Below are positions 61,336 to 64,000 of a stretch of 64,000 bases of DNA, in pieces. Under the pieces are notes generated by a model. The model saw only the letters and a list, made by a program, of their open reading frames with translations, was not told the origin of the DNA and ran no database searches. Numbering within the stretch: position 1 is the first letter of the stretch; each line of letters starts with the position of its first letter. Position numbers and translations under genes: made by a program. Source of the stretch: Vicugna vicugna (Eukaryota); contig MU058781.1 of assembly GCA_013265495.1 (NCBI GenBank), forward strand, positions 4,155,050 to 4,219,049, read 5' to 3'.

Positions 61336-61589
61336 TGAGAGTCCCTTTGTATTCAATCCACAGAAGAACCTTGTGACATGGAAATTAAAACTTCCATTTT
61401 ACAGAGGGATGTATCATTTGGCTAGTCATTGTCAGAGAAATGTGCATTTATACCAAAGCTTATGCTCTCCTCTACTAAGTGGGGCTAACTGCCTGCTATA
61501 AACCCCCCACTAGACCCCATGGCAATCTTTTCCCTGAACCAAAGTTTATCATCTTTGTTCATCTTGTGGATCATGCCATGCCTGTTGTG

Positions 61590-62352
61590 GAATAACAGAA
61601 TCATCAGCAGAATGCCAGAATCCCTGGGGGAGAAACTGTCCAGAGAATAGGATATTTACAGTCTTAAATTTGACACCACAGATGATTTCCTAATATCAAG
61701 GGGGGAGGTGGCAGCCACCATCTTAACCAAATGGGAACAAAGGGACAAACTGGCATCAAGTATCTCCTGATGTGGTGCAGTGAGAAAACCACTGTATATC
61801 AAAAATGTTGAGTCTAATGAGGAAAGAATCAGCCAAATCCAAACTGAGATACATTATACCAAAAAATGTCCTAGACTCCTCAAAAATGCCAGTGCCATAA
61901 AAGACCACAAAAGTTCAGTGCATGGTTCCAGATTAAAGAGGGAGAAGAGATATGATAATTAAGTGTGAAGTCTGATCCTTGATTGTATTACGATTTTCCT
62001 AAAAGCTATAAAGGACAATATGGGGATGAGTAGGGAAAACAGAATAGGGACTACATATTGGAAAATAGAATTATGTCAATAATAACTTTCATGAGTATGA
62101 TAATTAGATTACGGTTATGTGGGAGAACACCCTCATTCTAGGGTAACTTTAACAGAGAGGCATGTAGGCGTGAAGTGTCCTGAGAGCTGCAACTAATACT
62201 CAAATGTTCCAGCAACCAACCAACCAACCAATCACTCTCAGAGAGAGTTACAGCAAATGCGGCCAATGTTAACAACTGGGGAATTTCAAGAGTATACAGA
62301 TGTTTTTTCAACTTTTCTATAGGTATTAAATTTATTCAAAATTAAAAGTTGG
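61590..62352 (+). mobile_element. L1MC4-like 3' end
   Basis: 'caccatcttaaccaa...gggacaaactggcatca...tctaatgaggaaa...atcagccaaatccaaactgag...gcaaatgcggccaatgttaaca...caacttttct...aaattaaaagtt'. Confidence 0.8.
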
Positions 62353-62374
62353 TTGGAAAAAACTAAATACTCCT

Positions 62375-62610
62375 AGCAATACTTATGTAGCACTTACATC
62401 GTGCTACAAATACTCTTCTAAGCACTTTACACAGAGTAATTCGTTTAACCTTCATAACACCCTATATGGTATATTATTATTGGCTGCCTTTTACACATGA
62501 CACGGTAGAGGCCCAGAGAGGTTAAGTGATTTGACTAAGGTCCACAGCCAGCGAGGAGTAGAGCTGGGATTCCAGCTGGAGTCCACGCCATTTAACCTCT
62601 CTGCTAAATT
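62375..62610 (-). mobile_element. MIR SINE
   Basis: 'ctaagcactttaca...tttaaccttcataacaccctat...gaggcccagagaggttaagtgatttg...aaggtc...cagc...agagctgggatt'. Confidence 0.85.
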
Positions 62611-62774
62611 CGTATCAGGTGTATCGCAGCTCTCACTGCCTTCTGTGGTCGTGGGACAGGTTGTCCTCACATCTCAACACTCAAACACTTGAAAGATCTC
62701 CTTTATCTTCATTTGAAGTTTATCTTTGATCCATGTCTTCTGTTTCTACAATGGGCCCATCCAGAGCAATTCAC

Positions 62775-62913
62775 TCTCTCTTCCACTAGACTGTAAGCTC
62801 CGTAAGAATTAAGAAACGGCCATGTTCGCTACTGTGTCCCCAGGTTGGAAAAATACCTCCTGGCACACAACAGGAACTCACTAAATACTTATCAAATGAA
62901 TGAATGAATGAAC
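62775..62913 (+). mobile_element. L2 3' end
   Basis: 'ccactagactgtaagctcc...cctggcaca...actcactaaata...aatgaatgaatgaatgaa'. Confidence 0.85.
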
Positions 62914-63179
62914 ATCAGCCTTTCAAATATTTGAGGTCAACTGCTGGAAATTTCCACTCTCTGTTGAAAGAATTCCTAGTCCCTTCAATTGTTCCATTAA
63001 TATTCTAGTGACTTCCTCTAAATATTTCCAGTTTTTCTAGTTTTCACAGGTGTGTCCAGAACTAAAAACAGTATTCCAGAGTTCACTGATCACTGTCCCT
63101 TTCCTTGTTTCAGATGATTTCCTTTTAATGGAGCCTAAGAAATTCTAACAATCTTTTAAATGGCACTGCAAAAACTACA

Positions 63180-63935
63180 GAAGAGACTTACTAGCAAAGA
63201 TGGTGGGCTGATAGAGCCATTGTTACCACACATTAACTATTGCTCTATCCTAATTCCAACTAAAACAATAGTTTTTTTTTTTTTGCTTGCATAAACCCCT
63301 GAGGACGAAGGTAATGAGAGTGAAGGAAATAGTAATAATGTTTTGGAAGCTGGAAAGTGGGTGAACAAATGGTAACTGACTTATCTGACCTAAGAAAGAT
63401 GAATCGTAAGCCAACAGGAGGATCAGGTGATGCTAAAGAATCTCAAAGTTTTCAGAAATTGGTGGCGTTAGTTATCTCTAGAAGGAGGGCTTAATGCGCA
63501 GGGTCAGAACAGGAGGGTTGGTCAAAAATCTGTTTAAGACTTGAAAACTCCTCTGTGCAGCCTTCCTTTACCCCAGCAGATACCGAAGGGTCTATTCTCC
63601 CAGGAGTAATAGAGAGGGTCTCTGGACAGAGGTTACACCAGACACAGTTTGGGGCAGGGATATCTTAATGTAAAGAGGGCTAAATAGAATTGGAGGAGGA
63701 TTAAATAAATATTTACATGCTGATGTCAAGACCTATGCCCTCTTCCCTCACTCTCCTTCACAGTGTTGATAGCTTATCTCTATCCTTCAAGCAAGAGCTG
63801 GGAAAGCGTTTCTCTGGAGAATCCAACTAGTCCAAGGGGAAGGACTTAGGAAATCGACAAGGAGGGCTCCCCAAAGAAATGACTGGCTCCACAGCGTGTA
63901 AACTCTACCCCTGAGCTCAGAGCTTCCAATTGGAT
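63180..63935 (+). mobile_element. Ancient L1 5' end (L1M/L1ME-like 5'UTR)
   Basis: 'aagatggtgggctga' start motif and 'ttttggaagctggaaag...aatggtaactgactta...gacctaagaaag'. Confidence 0.55.
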
Positions 63936-64000
63936 TTAAAATTTAAAAAAAAATTTCCCTCATTCATTGTAGTTAAATATACACAAGATATAATTTTATC

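Overview
This is mammalian genomic DNA, and I can support no protein-coding gene, RNA gene or CRISPR array in it. It reads as a large intron or gene desert. Much of it is recognisable transposable-element debris: L1 of several ages, L2, MIR, MaLR/ERVL LTRs (MLT1, MLT2, LTR16), MER34-like ERV1 solo LTRs and hAT-Charlie MITEs. The only ORF with a recognisable product (33776-34102, minus strand) is a piece of decayed L1 ORF2 reverse transcriptase. The young L1 3' ends look cetartiodactyl, and I saw no ruminant, cetacean or pig SINEs, which suggests a camelid (inference). Between the repeats lie about ten unique-looking blocks rich in homeodomain and SOX motifs that resemble conserved developmental enhancers. 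The most notable structures are: (1) a ~245-bp inverted duplication around a 660-bp spacer at 16.2-17.3 kb, (2) a ~240-bp probable retrocopy of an mRNA 3' end at 14.8-15.1 kb, (3) a dense SOX/homeobox motif cluster at 41.1-41.4 kb, and (4) a degenerate, irregularly spaced GC-rich repeat at 49.5-49.7 kb. I found no convincing new biological system. Repeat family names come from recalled consensus sequences, not a database search, and boundaries are approximate unless a target-site duplication (TSD) is given.
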